A DNA stretch of 64,000 bases, taken from the NCBI GenBank assembly GCA_016182655.1, contig JACPGB010000024.1, positions 30,549 to 94,548 on the forward strand. The letters run 5' to 3'. The notes beneath the pieces are model-generated. The model saw only the letters and a list, made by a program, of their open reading frames with translations, searched no databases and was not told the origin of the DNA. This DNA comes from Deltaproteobacteria bacterium (lineage in GTDB: Bacteria > Desulfobacterota > GWC2-55-46). Positions 1-10,300 of this stretch are shown piece by piece (position 1 is the first letter of the stretch; each line of letters starts with the position of its first letter). A program made the translations under genes and the position numbers.

Positions 1-2330
1 CAGAGCCGCAGTCAGGGCACGCGCCGCGCTTCATGAGCTCGGGCGCGAGCGTGAAGTCGAGCTTGGAGTTCGGCATGTTAAGACTGCCGAGGCCTCCCGC
101 CATGGACCCCAAAGAGAGAGCACTGGCGGTGTTCCGCTTCAAGCCCAGGTACCAGTCCATCGCCTGCGCCATGGCATCCGAACACGACATTACCTTGCCC
201 CCGCCGAAGCCCACGGGCAGATGACAGCTTATGCCCCTCATCTGCTGGACTATCTCCTCGGCCTGTATGCCGCTACGGAGCGCAAGGGATGTCATCCTGC
301 CCATAGCCTCGCACTGCGATGACACGCACCCGCCGGCCTTGCCTATCTGCGTGAATATCTCGAAGGGTCTGCCCTCCTCGTCCTCGTTTATCGTGACGTA
401 GAGGTTGCCGCACCCGGTCTTTATCTTGCGCGTGACGCCGAAGGCGACCTCGCCCCTCGGCTTCGGCTTCGCGGACTGGACAGGCACGGCCATTTCGGCG
501 GACTCTACCGTCGCTATCTCCTTCGCCTCTTTCTTCTCGCTACCCTTATTTAAAACCTGCACCTCGCGCGAGCCGTCCCTGTAGACGGTCACGCCCTTGC
601 ACCCGGTCCTGTACGCCATGATGTAGACCTCGGCGACGTCGGCGACGGTCGCCTCGTTCGGGAAGTTGACCGTCTTGCTGACGGCGTTGTCCGTGTACTT
701 CTGGAACGCCGCCTGCATCCTGATGTGCCAGTCGGGCGCGATGTCGTGGGAGGTGACGAGCACGCTTTTCACGTCCTCGGGTATGCCTTCGACGTCGTGA
801 AGCGAGCCCTTCTTGGCTACCTCTTGCATGAGCTCCGGAGAATCGAAACCCCTCTCGCGGGCGATCTCCTCGAAGAGCGGGTTCACCTCTATCAGCTCTG
901 TCCCTTCCATCACGTTACGGGTGAAGGCGAGCGCGAAGAGCGGCTCGATGCCCGAGGAGCACCCGGCGATGATCGATATCGTCCCGGTCGGAGCGATCGT
1001 CGTGACGGTAGCGTTCCTCGGCCCCTTCTTGCCGTCGAAAATGGAGCCCTTGCAGTTCGGGAACGCGCCCCTTTCACGGGCGAGGTCGACGGAAGCGTCT
1101 CTGCCCTTCTCCTGTATGAATGACATGATCTTTTCAGCGAGCTCGATCGCCTCTTCGGAGTTGTACGGGACGCCGAGCCTGATGAGCATGTCGGCGAATC
1201 CCATGACGCCCAATCCGATCTTGCGGTTGGACTTGGTTACCCGCTCTATCTCGGTTATCGGGTACTTGTTCATCTCGATGACGTTATCGAGGAAGTGGAC
1301 GGCCTTTCTTATCGTGTCGTCGAGCTTCTCCCAGTCGAACCCGTAGCCGTCCCTCTCAAGCGTCAACATGCGGCTTAAGTTTATCGAGCCCAGGTTGCAT
1401 GACTCATACGGCAGGAGGGGTTGCTCTCCGCACGGGTTAGTCGATTCTATCGCCCCTATGTGCGGGGTCGGGTTGTCCCTGTTCATCTGGTCGATGAATA
1501 TGACGCCGGGGTCGCCGTTCTTCCACGCCATCTTGACGATCTTGTCGAAGACCTCGCGTGCGCGGAGGCTTCCGACAGGCGTCTTCGTCCTCGGGCTTAT
1601 GATGTCGTACTCGCCGTCGACTTCTACGGCCTTCATGAAGGCCTCGGTCAGGCTGACCGAGATATTGAAGTTGTTGAGCTTGGAGTTGTCCTCCTTGCAT
1701 ACGATGAAGTTCATGATGTCCGGGTGGTCGACCCTGAGTATCCCCATGTTCGCGCCGCGCCTCGTGCCGCCCTGCTTTATGGCCTCGGTCGCGCTGTCGA
1801 ATACGGTCATGAAGGATATGGGGCCCGAGGATATCCCGGAGGTCGAGCCGACCGAGTCGCCCGAAGGACGCAGGCGCGAGAACGAAAACCCGGTGCCGCC
1901 GCCGGACTTGTGTATGAGCGCCGTGTGCTTTACCGCCTCGAAGATGGACTCCATCGAGTCTTCGACCGGCAACACAAAGCACGCCGAGAGCTGTTGCAAT
2001 TCCCTTCCGGCGTTCATGAGGGTCGGGGAGTTGGGCATGAACTCAAGCGAGGTCATCATCCTGTAGAACTCCCGGGCCGTATCCTCTACGTCGGCGGCGG
2101 GGTCGAATTTGGCCTCCGCCTCCGCGATATTGCGGGCCACACGCCAGAACATCTCTTCAATAGTCTCTACGGGGCTGCCGTCCTGGTCTTTTCTAAGATA
2201 CCTTTTCTCCAAGACCCTCCTGCCGTTTTCGTTTATCTCGACGCGCGCGTGGTCGTGCTTGGGCTTCTTCGCGGTCTTTTTCTGCGGCAGGGCTGAGTTC
2301 AGCAGACGGCTATAGATGTCCTGGTCCATG
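1..2330 (-). CDS. nrdJ: Class II (adenosylcobalamin-dependent) ribonucleotide reductase, 5'-partial at the window edge; start codon at 2328-2330
   Basis: Minus-strand translation begins MDQDIYSRLL...FWRVARNIA and contains NPCGEQPLLPYESCNLGSINLS and a C-terminal CPDCGS, typical of NrdJ. The gene runs off position 1. Plus-strand ORFs listed at 725-2296 are antisense artefacts. Confidence 0.9.
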
Positions 2331-2363
2331 CTTTTAAATCCCCCCTTTTGGGTTTCTGGCTTA

Positions 2364-2497
2364 CCTCTAAAAATTGTTATTTTTCCTGATCTCTGTGTCA
2401 GGACGGAAATAAAAATGCTCACATATTATAATATATATGCTGCGCTTTTTATTTCCGCCCTTCCTTGACCTCAGAAAAAATTCCTAATTTTTAGAGG
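2364..2497. repeat. MITE-like 133-bp element, family 1, copy 1; terminal inverted repeats CCTCTAAAAATT / AATTTTTAGAGG plus an internal palindrome
   Basis: Near-identical sequence recurs at 24561-24692 (inverted), 57581-57713 and 58757-58890 (inverted). All copies are intergenic. Confidence 0.85.
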
Positions 2498-2966
2498 TAG
2501 CCTTCTAATAATTTATTGTTTAGCGGCCCCTCGGAAATGGGGCCCACAAGATATTTGAAAATCCAACATGACCCGCAATCCATCGAAAACTTGTACGCCC
2601 CGAAAAGATAATTGTGCGCTTGTGACGGCGTGAGTTCACTTTGGGCCGGCCGGAATCAATTAAGTCTTTGGATTTACAAGGAAAATGGCGTATATTGTGG
2701 ATGTGACCTATCTAACCACAACATATAGTATATTGTCAAGCGCGATTTTGTGCAAATCGAGCTTTTTCACGCGGGGTTATAACGTCTGGATTTTGCCTGT
2801 TTAATGGGACGGCGCGCTTATCAAAAAGCCGTTGCATAAGGCCTCTAAAGGGTAAAAAAAATCGGACCCCCGCTTAAGGCGCGTTGAAACAGGGAATACA
2901 GGCGGTCGAGAACGAGAGTTTTGAAAAAGCGGCGTGACGGAGGGTAGAAAACGGCCTCAAAGACCC

Positions 2967-3293
2967 CTACCTGTAGGCGATGACCCTGATGTCTTCGAGT
3001 GTGATCATCCCTTCCTTTACCATCGTGTCAAGGACCGGGAGAAATGCCTCTATCCTGTCTTTCCTGTCGACGATCTCCACGACCATCGGCAGGTCTTCGG
3101 AGAGGCGGAGCACCTTCGAGGTGTGGAGCCTGCTGTGGACGCCGAAGCCGAGGACGCCTCTTAAGACCGTCGCACCGGCGAGCCCGCGCCTCCGGGCCTC
3201 CTCGACTATGGCTTCGTACAGGGGCTTTCCGTCGTACCTGTCGCTCTCGCCTATGAATACCCTTAAAAGCTCGGCGTCTTCCGGGAGTTTCAT
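2967..3293 (-). CDS. DUF190 (PII-like) protein, commonly paired with crcB
   Basis: 108-aa ORF. The DUF190 call is from memory of similar translations and from its position next to crcB. Confidence 0.65.
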   Translation of the reverse strand: MKLPEDAELLRVFIGESDRYDGKPLYEAIVEEARRRGLAGATVLRGVLGFGVHSRLHTSKVLRLSEDLPMVVEIVDRKDRIEAFLPVLDTMVKEGMITLEDIRVIAYR

Positions 3294-3352
3294 CAGTCGG
3301 CCTCCTTCTTCTTCTAACTGGATTGCATAGCAGGGTGTTTTTCAACACCCTG

Positions 3353-3724
3353 CTAAAGCAGCCGCCCGAGCGCAAGCCCGAGCATTAAAAAGATTATGCC
3401 TGTTATGTTCTGGAGCGCAATGTTGCCGAGGGCGAGCGCCCACTGCGAATCACGCAAAAGCTGGTTCGTCTCGAAGATAAAGCTCGAGAAAGTCGTGAAC
3501 GCACCCATGAAGCCTACGAGGATGATCGTCCTCGTCTCGCCGGATATCGCGAGCCTGCCTTCAGCCGCCGACCATACGAAGCCGAAGAGCAGGCACCCGG
3601 CCATGTTGACCGTGAAGGTCCCCCAGGGGAAGCCGGCGCCAACGGCCCTCTGGACCGCGCCGCCGAGCCAGTACCGCAGCAACGTGCCCGCCACACCGGC
3701 TATAGCCATATAGAATATCTTCAT
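3353..3724 (-). CDS. crcB: Fluoride ion channel CrcB/Fluc
   Basis: 123 aa with four predicted transmembrane segments; GFMGAFTTFSSF is typical of CrcB. Confidence 0.85.
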   Translation of the reverse strand: MKIFYMAIAGVAGTLLRYWLGGAVQRAVGAGFPWGTFTVNMAGCLLFGFVWSAAEGRLAISGETRTIILVGFMGAFTTFSSFIFETNQLLRDSQWALALGNIALQNITGIIFLMLGLALGRLL

Positions 3725-3926
3725 GCTTACCGTATGTTTCCAGGAAATAACCGCTATTCTATTTCAAAACCCCTCCTTAATCAAACAAAATATAGGGTAA
3801 AATGTTGACTACCGGTATCTCTTGATGTTAACTTTAATGGATAGCCACCCTATCAAAGTCACGGAAGCGCGTAAAGGCAAGTGCTAAGATAAGCCCCGGA
3901 ATTATTTATAGAAAGGACTCAATGAT

Positions 3927-4628
3927 TTGAACGGCCCGTTGACTCAGCCAGGTCTCTGGGAGATGGTCGCCGGGGCGGGGATGATGGTCAAGTTCGTGCT
4001 CCTCGTCCTCCTCCTCTTCTCGGTATTCTCCTGGGCGATAATCGTGTACAAGGTAATGTTGCTGAAAAGAATAGAGAAGGAGACGCACGCCTTCTACGAC
4101 CTTTTCTGGGACAAGCGCCAGTTCGCGCAGATATCAGCCGCATCGAAAGGCTTCAAGGCGACCCCGCTCGTAGGCCTCTTCAACGCCGTATACGCGGAGC
4201 TTACGAACATCATGAAGGCCAACGAGCCGCTCGGGGGCAAGGTCCAGAAGGACGATATCGAAAGGCTCCAGAGGATACTTAAAAAAGCTCGCTCCATAGA
4301 GACTGCCAAGCTCGAGTACGCCGTCGGCTTTCTCGCGACCACCGGCAACACCGCGCCGTTTATAGGGCTCTTCGGCACGGTCTGGGGCATAATGACGTCG
4401 TTCCGGTCCATCGGGGCCAAGGGCGCGGCAAACCTCGCAATCGTCGCCCCGGGCATATCGGAGGCGCTTGTGGCCACGGCCATGGGGCTCCTTGCCGCGA
4501 TACCCGCCGTTATGGGTTATAATCATATTTTGACGCGGGTAGGCCGGATAACGACCGAGATGGGCAACTTCTCATCCGACCTCCTGAACGTCGTCGAAAA
4601 ACAGGTCTCCAAAAAGCCGGGGGCCTGA
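3927..4628 (+). CDS. tolQ: Tol-Pal system protein TolQ (MotA/TolQ/ExbB family)
   Basis: 233 aa with three TM segments. The TolQ/ExbB C-terminal region matches, and the gene sits in a tolQRAB-pal context. Confidence 0.85.
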   Translation: MNGPLTQPGLWEMVAGAGMMVKFVLLVLLLFSVFSWAIIVYKVMLLKRIEKETHAFYDLFWDKRQFAQISAASKGFKATPLVGLFNAVYAELTNIMKANEPLGGKVQKDDIERLQRILKKARSIETAKLEYAVGFLATTGNTAPFIGLFGTVWGIMTSFRSIGAKGAANLAIVAPGISEALVATAMGLLAAIPAVMGYNHILTRVGRITTEMGNFSSDLLNVVEKQVSKKPGA

Positions 4629-5038
4629 TGGAGACCGGCCAGAACGAACGCAAGCACCTCGCGCAGATAAACGTGACGCCGTTCGTCGACGTGATGCTCG
4701 TCCTCCTCATCATCTTCATGGTCACGACCCCGATGATGCAGGAGGGTGTTGACGTCAGCCTCCCCAAGGTCGAGTCCGGCGCATTGAAGGCCGACGACGA
4801 GCCGCTCGTCGTTTCCATCGACAGAAACAGGCGCATATTCCTGAACGACAGGCCCTTCAGGCCCGAGGAGCTGAGGAAAAAGCTCGAGGCGATAAAAAAG
4901 TCGGGTGGGGCCGACAGGATGGTCCTGCTCCGCGCCGACGAGTCGGTCCCCTACGGCTTCATCATGTCCGCGATGGCCGACATAAGAAAGGCTGGTATCG
5001 AGAAGGTCGGGATGGTGACCGAACCGGGAGAAAGATAG
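4628..5038 (+). CDS. tolR: Tol-Pal system protein TolR (ExbD/TolR family)
   Basis: 136 aa with one N-terminal TM segment and an ExbD-like periplasmic domain. Its start overlaps the tolQ stop. Confidence 0.85.
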   Translation: METGQNERKHLAQINVTPFVDVMLVLLIIFMVTTPMMQEGVDVSLPKVESGALKADDEPLVVSIDRNRRIFLNDRPFRPEELRKKLEAIKKSGGADRMVLLRADESVPYGFIMSAMADIRKAGIEKVGMVTEPGER

Positions 5039-5899
5039 GTGGAAGGACTCCTTCGGGCCCAGAGGGGCATGGCGAAGACCCTCGCGGGCTCTATCATTTT
5101 CCATGCAGTCATCATCTCAGCCGGGCTGTTCCTCTTCGAGGCCGGCTCGAAGAGGGATTTTTTTACGCCGGTCTATACGGTAGAGATCATCGCCCCCTCG
5201 TCCGTAAGCGGCCCGGCGTCGACCCCTGAGGTCGCCGAGGCCCCGGTGGCGGCGGAAGCAATCGAAGAAAAGGGGCCTGCAAAGGAAGAAAAAAAGGCCG
5301 AGGCCAGGACCGAAAAGGTCAGGGTAAAGGAGAGCGCGTCAGTATCCGAGGCCTTGAAGAAGGTCGAGGAGAGGGTCAGGAAAAAGACCGAGGAGGCCTC
5401 TGTCTCATCCAGGATAGAGGAGATAAAAAAGAGGCAGGAAGAGCGCGCCCGCGAGACCGGCGGAAGGCTCTCGGAATTAAAAAAAGAGCTCGGGTCCAAG
5501 GCAGACAAGGCCGGGCCTGCGCCGTCGGCAAACGACTCCAAAAGCATCGCCAAATCCGCCAAAGGGCCTGCGTCAGGGGCGGCGACGCCAACGGGGGGCG
5601 GCAATCTCAAATCCAGATACCCTGCCTATTACAGCATCATCCACGACCGGATCAAGGATAACTGGCTCTATCCGGAAGGTTTCGATTACAAGAAGATATC
5701 CGTCATAGTCTCGATAAAAATAGACCGTAGCGGCTCTCTCCTCGAGTCCATCCTCGAGGAGAGCTCAGGGAACAAGAGGTTCGACGAATCCCTCATGAAC
5801 GCGATACAAAAGGCCTCGCCGTTCCCGCCGCTCCCGCACGAGTTCGAGGGGAAGTACCTGGAGACCGGCCTCAGGTTCTGCCCGGGATGCCCCGAATAG
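5039..5899 (+). CDS. tolA: TolA (TonB-C-terminal-like domain, Lys/Glu/Ala-rich linker)
   Basis: N-terminal TM segment, a long KEEKKAEARTEK-type charged helix and a C-terminal TonB/TolA-like domain. Position is between tolR and tolB. Confidence 0.7.
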   Translation: MEGLLRAQRGMAKTLAGSIIFHAVIISAGLFLFEAGSKRDFFTPVYTVEIIAPSSVSGPASTPEVAEAPVAAEAIEEKGPAKEEKKAEARTEKVRVKESASVSEALKKVEERVRKKTEEASVSSRIEEIKKRQEERARETGGRLSELKKELGSKADKAGPAPSANDSKSIAKSAKGPASGAATPTGGGNLKSRYPAYYSIIHDRIKDNWLYPEGFDYKKISVIVSIKIDRSGSLLESILEESSGNKRFDESLMNAIQKASPFPPLPHEFEGKYLETGLRFCPGCPE

Positions 5900-5940
5900 G
5901 GCGCGCAAAAAAATCCGTCTTACATGCCTGAAAGGTATAA

Positions 5941-7260
5941 ATGATCAAAAAGACCATAGCTTTTTTATTTGCCATTTTTTTGCTCCTGCCCTTTGGGGCC
6001 GAGGCCAAGGTCTACATAGACCTGGCCGCCCCCCAGGCAAAGAGGCTCCCTATCGCCATACAGGATTTTAAATTCCTCGGCGACGAATCGAAGGCAAAAG
6101 ACCCTTCCGTGGCAAATATAAGCGCGGAGCTCGCCGACACGCTTAGGTCCGACATAAGGTTCTCGGGCCTCTTCAATATAATCGAAAAAGACGCCTACCT
6201 CGAAGACGCCGCAAAGTCGAATCTCACCGACGACAAAATAGACTTCCGCCTCTGGAGGGCCATAGGGGCCGACACCCTCATAAAGGGCGGCTTTTCAATT
6301 GAAAAGGAAAAGCTCACGGTCGAGGTGCGCCTCTTCGACTCCATAACCGAAAAACAGGTCCTCGGGAAAAAGTACATAGGCTCGGTTGCGAACCCGCGGA
6401 GAGTCATGCACTACTTCGCCGACAATCTATACGAGGAGTTGACCGGCCGGAAGGGCATCTTCACGACCCGCATCATGTTCGTCTCGAACAGGGACGGGAA
6501 CAAGGAGATATTTGTCGCCGACTACGACGGCAGGAACGCCGTAAAGGTGACGCGGAATAAGTCCATTAACCTCTCCCCCCAGTGGTCGCCTGACGGCAAG
6601 AAGGCACTCTACGTCTCTTACAAGAAGGGCTGGCCCGCCCTCTTTCAGCTCGACCTGACGAACGGAGCGGACTCGGGCGTGTCCGCAAAACCCGGCATAA
6701 ACATAGGCGGCAGGTACTCGCCCGACGGCACCAGGGTGGCGCTTACCTTGAGCGGGGATAAATCCCCCGAGCTCTACACCCTCGACCTTTCAACGGGCGA
6801 ATACAAACGGCTCACCGACAACTACGGCATAGACGTCTCTCCCGCGTGGTCGCCGGACTCTTCCCGCATCGCGTATGTGTCAGATGTCGCTGGAAACCCT
6901 CATATTTTCATGTTAGAATTGTCGTCCGGGACCTCAAGGCGCATGACATTCGAGGGCAAGTACAACTCAAGCCCGGCCTGGTCCCCCGACGGTAGCAGGA
7001 TCGCCTTCTCCCGCTCGGATTCCGGGAGGTTCAATATCTGGGTGATGAACGCAGACGGTAGCAACTCTACCCAGCTCACCTTCGACGGCAACGACAGAAG
7101 CCCGTCATGGTCGCCTGACGGAAGGTATCTTATCTACAGCTCCACTGCAAAAGGGGTCTCGTCGCTCCGCATAGTGCGCTCCGACGGGACGGGGTCCATG
7201 AAGATAGAGACCGGGACGGGGAACGAAAAATCCCCGGTCTGGTCGCCTTATTTTCAATAG
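5941..7260 (+). CDS. tolB: TolB periplasmic beta-propeller protein
   Basis: Signal peptide, then repeated WSPDG beta-propeller blades (LSPQWSPDG, VSPAWSPDS, SSPAWSPDG, RSPSWSPDG). Confidence 0.9.
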   Translation: MIKKTIAFLFAIFLLLPFGAEAKVYIDLAAPQAKRLPIAIQDFKFLGDESKAKDPSVANISAELADTLRSDIRFSGLFNIIEKDAYLEDAAKSNLTDDKIDFRLWRAIGADTLIKGGFSIEKEKLTVEVRLFDSITEKQVLGKKYIGSVANPRRVMHYFADNLYEELTGRKGIFTTRIMFVSNRDGNKEIFVADYDGRNAVKVTRNKSINLSPQWSPDGKKALYVSYKKGWPALFQLDLTNGADSGVSAKPGINIGGRYSPDGTRVALTLSGDKSPELYTLDLSTGEYKRLTDNYGIDVSPAWSPDSSRIAYVSDVAGNPHIFMLELSSGTSRRMTFEGKYNSSPAWSPDGSRIAFSRSDSGRFNIWVMNADGSNSTQLTFDGNDRSPSWSPDGRYLIYSSTAKGVSSLRIVRSDGTGSMKIETGTGNEKSPVWSPYFQ

Positions 7261-7307
7261 ATATTAAAGGGCGTTTTTTTAACCTTTCACCAAAGGAGGT
7301 TTCTACG

Positions 7308-7913
7308 ATGAAAAGACTATTCGCGATAATCCCCATGCTCGTATTGAGCGGAACGCTCATCTATGGCTGCGGCGGCAAGAAGGCGGTAAACGACGACATC
7401 TCCGGAAAAGCCGCCGGGGAAGAGGCGGACAAGGACTCGGCCGTAGTCGTCCCCGAGGGCGGGCCGGTAGGAGAGGCCGTCACTTCCGAAGACCTCGGAG
7501 GCTCCGCAAAGACCGGCGGAAAGTATGTATCGCTCACACCCGGTGACACGCTCACGGTGCAGGCCGAGAAGGAAGGCCGGCTCTATACCATCTACTTCGA
7601 TTACGACATGTACTCCGTAAGGGACGCCGACAAGGACCACCTCTCGAACAACGCGAAGTGGCTCTCGCTCAATTCCGGCGTGGCCGTGCGCATCGAGGGA
7701 CACGCGGACGAGCGCGGCGAGACCGAGTACAACCTGGCGCTCGCCGACAAGCGCGCCAGATCGGTCAAGAAGTTCCTCGAGGACATGGGTGTAAAGACAG
7801 AGAGGCTGGATTCCATAAGCTTCGGCGAGGAAAAGCCCGCGGTAAGCGGACACGACGAGGATGCATGGGCAAAGAACAGGCGGGCCGAGTTCGTGATAAC
7901 GAGGACTAACTGA
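7308..7913 (+). CDS. pal: Peptidoglycan-associated lipoprotein Pal (OmpA-like domain)
   Basis: Lipobox LIYGCGG, then an OmpA C-terminal domain (VRIEGHADERGETEYNLALADKRARSV...NRRAEF). Confidence 0.9.
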   Translation: MKRLFAIIPMLVLSGTLIYGCGGKKAVNDDISGKAAGEEADKDSAVVVPEGGPVGEAVTSEDLGGSAKTGGKYVSLTPGDTLTVQAEKEGRLYTIYFDYDMYSVRDADKDHLSNNAKWLSLNSGVAVRIEGHADERGETEYNLALADKRARSVKKFLEDMGVKTERLDSISFGEEKPAVSGHDEDAWAKNRRAEFVITRTN

Positions 7914-8863
7914 TGCGCCCTTCCTTAAAAAGACTCTCAAAGGGCGCGTTTCTCCCCTTTGCCGCGCTCTCTCTCGCAGTCTCGCTCTACGGGTGCGGCC
8001 CGGGTTTCCCCATAATGACCGACGAGCAGGAAAAACTCGTAAAGAATGTGGAGCGGCTCGTAAAGGAGAACTCGGAATTGAAGACCCGCCTTTCGGCGCT
8101 TGAGGCCGGAGGCGGGATAAGGGCCGAGCTCGACGCCATGAAAAGGTCGGTAGCCGAGGCTAACGCCGGGATAGAGGGGCTCCGGCACGAGCTCTCGTTC
8201 GCAAAGGGCTCGGCTGAGGAATCCGGGCTCGAGAGGGCGCGCGTAAAAGAGGCGCTCGATTCGGTAAAGTCCTCGATAAAATCCGCCGATGAGAGGCTTA
8301 AATCCCTTGAGAAGGCCTCGACCGAGGACGCCGAGGCCATCGCCTCGATAAGAAGCGCTATCGACAACAACGACCGGAAGCTCGGGGACCTCAAGGACGC
8401 GATAGCGTCGGTCGAGAAGAAGGCCGTTGCCGCGGCTGAGGCCTCGCGGATAGCGCAGTCCCAACCCCAGGACGCGAAAAAGGGGGAGGAGCCGCCCGAC
8501 GCCATGTACGCCCGCGGCTACAAGGAGACTATAGACAAGGACTACGCCAAGGCCGCGGAGACCTTCAAGGCCTTTCTCGCGAACCATTCCGGGCACAAGC
8601 TCGCCGGCAACGCCCAGTACTGGCTCGGAGAAGTCTACTACGCCAGAGGCGACTGGGAGCTCGCCATTCTCGAGTTCGACAAGGCAATAAAAAAATACTC
8701 TGAAAGCGAGAAGGTCCCGGCCGCTATATTGAAAGAGGCGCTTTCGTTCGAGAAGCTCGGATCAAAAAAAGAGGCCCGGGTCCTGTTGAATGAGGTCCTG
8801 GACCGGTTCCCGAAGTCCCCTGAGGCAAAGCTCGCCAAAAAGAGGCTCGAATCGCTCAAATAA
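7913..8863 (+). CDS. cpoB: Tol-Pal system protein CpoB/YbgF (coiled coil plus TPR)
   Basis: Signal or lipo N-terminus, a long coiled coil, C-terminal TPR (AQYWLGEVYYARGDWELAILEFDKAIK). Immediately follows pal. Confidence 0.8.
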   Translation: MRPSLKRLSKGAFLPFAALSLAVSLYGCGPGFPIMTDEQEKLVKNVERLVKENSELKTRLSALEAGGGIRAELDAMKRSVAEANAGIEGLRHELSFAKGSAEESGLERARVKEALDSVKSSIKSADERLKSLEKASTEDAEAIASIRSAIDNNDRKLGDLKDAIASVEKKAVAAAEASRIAQSQPQDAKKGEEPPDAMYARGYKETIDKDYAKAAETFKAFLANHSGHKLAGNAQYWLGEVYYARGDWELAILEFDKAIKKYSESEKVPAAILKEALSFEKLGSKKEARVLLNEVLDRFPKSPEAKLAKKRLESLK

Positions 8864-8920
8864 GGGAAATGGAAAGGCGTCGCCCATGCCTTTCCCAATG
8901 CGCTGAAGGGTCCGGGAGAG

Positions 8921-9904
8921 GTGTTAATGGTTGACAACTCGGCAGGCAAGGTCCTCCTGGTCGACGACTCCCAGCAGGCGAGGGAGGTCATAAAGGACAT
9001 CCTGAAAGATGTCTTCCCTGTCTTCGTCGAGGCAGACGACGGGTTGACCGCAATAAAGGCCTTTGTGGAGGAGCGTCCGGGGTTCATCATCACGGACATA
9101 GAGATGCCCTCCATAAACGGCTACAGGTTCATCTCCACGATCCGGAACATGGACGACGGCAAGGACGTGCCGATCATCATGCTCTCCGGCACAAGGGACT
9201 CCCTCAAAAAAAAGCTCACGGGCTTCAACCTCGGGGCGAGCGACTTCCTCATAAAGCCGTTCGAGCCCGAGGAGCTCCTCGCCCGCGTGAAATCGTTGCT
9301 CCGCATGCGCCATCTCATGGACGAGCTCAAGGAGAAGAACTCGCTCCTTGAAAAGCTCGCAGTCACCGACGACCTGACCGGCCTCCACAACAGGCGGTAC
9401 TTTTTCGAGACGGTAAGGGAACAGCTCGCTTTGGGTCTGCGCCATAACCTCAAGCTCGCCTGCATGCTCATGGACATAGACCACTTCAAATCGATAAACG
9501 ACACATGGGGGCACGTAGCCGGGGACGACGTTTTGAGGAAGATCGGGGCGCTTCTCTCCTCCTGCAAGCGCGAAGGTGAGATACTCGCGAGGTTCGGCGG
9601 CGAAGAGTTCATCATCTGCCTCTTCAATACCGATTCCGAAAGCGCGGGCAAGGCGGCCGAGCGGTTCAGGGCCCTCATCAAGTCCTACGATTTTTCTTCG
9701 GTCTACTACCCCGCGATAAAGGTCACCATCTCCATAGGCCTCGCCGTCTACCCCCAGGGGGCCCTCATCTCCATAGACGAGCTCATAAAGGCGGCCGACA
9801 AGGCCCTCTACGCCTCCAAGGTCGACGGCAGGGACAGGGTCACTCTCTACGAGTGGTCCACAACCGACGCGCCCCGGCGCGAGGAGCCTGTCCTGGAGAA
9901 GTGA
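8921..9904 (+). CDS. Response regulator receiver fused to a GGDEF diguanylate cyclase (PleD/WspR-like)
   Basis: REC domain (LLVDDS...D...) followed by a GGDEF domain with an intact GGEEF motif (RFGGEEFIICL). The start may be the ATG at 8927. Confidence 0.85.
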   Translation: MLMVDNSAGKVLLVDDSQQAREVIKDILKDVFPVFVEADDGLTAIKAFVEERPGFIITDIEMPSINGYRFISTIRNMDDGKDVPIIMLSGTRDSLKKKLTGFNLGASDFLIKPFEPEELLARVKSLLRMRHLMDELKEKNSLLEKLAVTDDLTGLHNRRYFFETVREQLALGLRHNLKLACMLMDIDHFKSINDTWGHVAGDDVLRKIGALLSSCKREGEILARFGGEEFIICLFNTDSESAGKAAERFRALIKSYDFSSVYYPAIKVTISIGLAVYPQGALISIDELIKAADKALYASKVDGRDRVTLYEWSTTDAPRREEPVLEK

Positions 9905-10032
9905 CCGCCCCCTTGCCAGTCTCATCGCGCTGAATCCTTTTGAATTCAAAATTACTAAAAACATTATACTGATACCCGAGCAAAACTTCCCAAAATCTAC
10001 TAAGAGCAAGTGTAATGTTTTAAAAATAAGAA

Positions 10033-10066
10033 AGGGAGGGGGCTAAAAAACCCCCTCCCTTTCCTT
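10033..10066. terminator. Bidirectional intrinsic terminator hairpin (AGGGAGGGGGC-TAAAAAA-CCCCCTCCCT)
   Basis: Perfect GC-rich stem flanked by T and A runs, downstream of the GGDEF gene. Confidence 0.6.
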
Positions 10067-10217
10067 CCTCATGCCTTAACCCATATCGCAAAGGCTTTGA
10101 GTCCGCGCTCGTAAGCGTAGATACGCCTACCGCTACGAGTGGTTATGTAGGCTACAAAAATGAGCTTGTAGCCAGGTCTGCCCTGTCTCATACGGCCCTA
10201 TCCTCCTTTCTTCGAGA

Positions 10218-10296
10218 TAGGGCCTTGACAAGAAATTTCCTAAAGTGCTATAATTTCGGCGTGTGATAGCACTAAGGGCCTTCTTGTCAAGGCCCG
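10218..10296. promoter_or_regulatory. Nested palindrome (GGGCCTTGACAAGAA...TTCTTGTCAAGGCCC) enclosing a consensus sigma70-like TTGACA-18-TATAAT; possible att-like site or promoter
   Basis: 15-bp perfect outer inverted repeat and an inner AGTGCTAT/ATAGCACT repeat. It lies immediately 3' of the tRNA-like gene. Confidence 0.4.
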
Positions 10297-10300
10297 TAAA

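Noticed and set aside
725-2296. Plus-strand ORFs (132 to 291 aa) antisense to nrdJ
   Set aside because: Arg/Pro/Gly-rich low-complexity translations typical of the wrong strand in a high-GC gene. The minus strand encodes a recognisable class II RNR.
3725-3926. Looked for a fluoride riboswitch upstream of crcB
   Set aside because: The minus-strand leader has no GGnGAUG...CUGAUG crcB-motif elements that I can see. The crcB call rests on the protein only.
8924-10009. 361-aa minus-strand ORF
   Set aside because: Antisense to the well-supported receiver-GGDEF gene and Arg/Gly/Pro-rich in composition.
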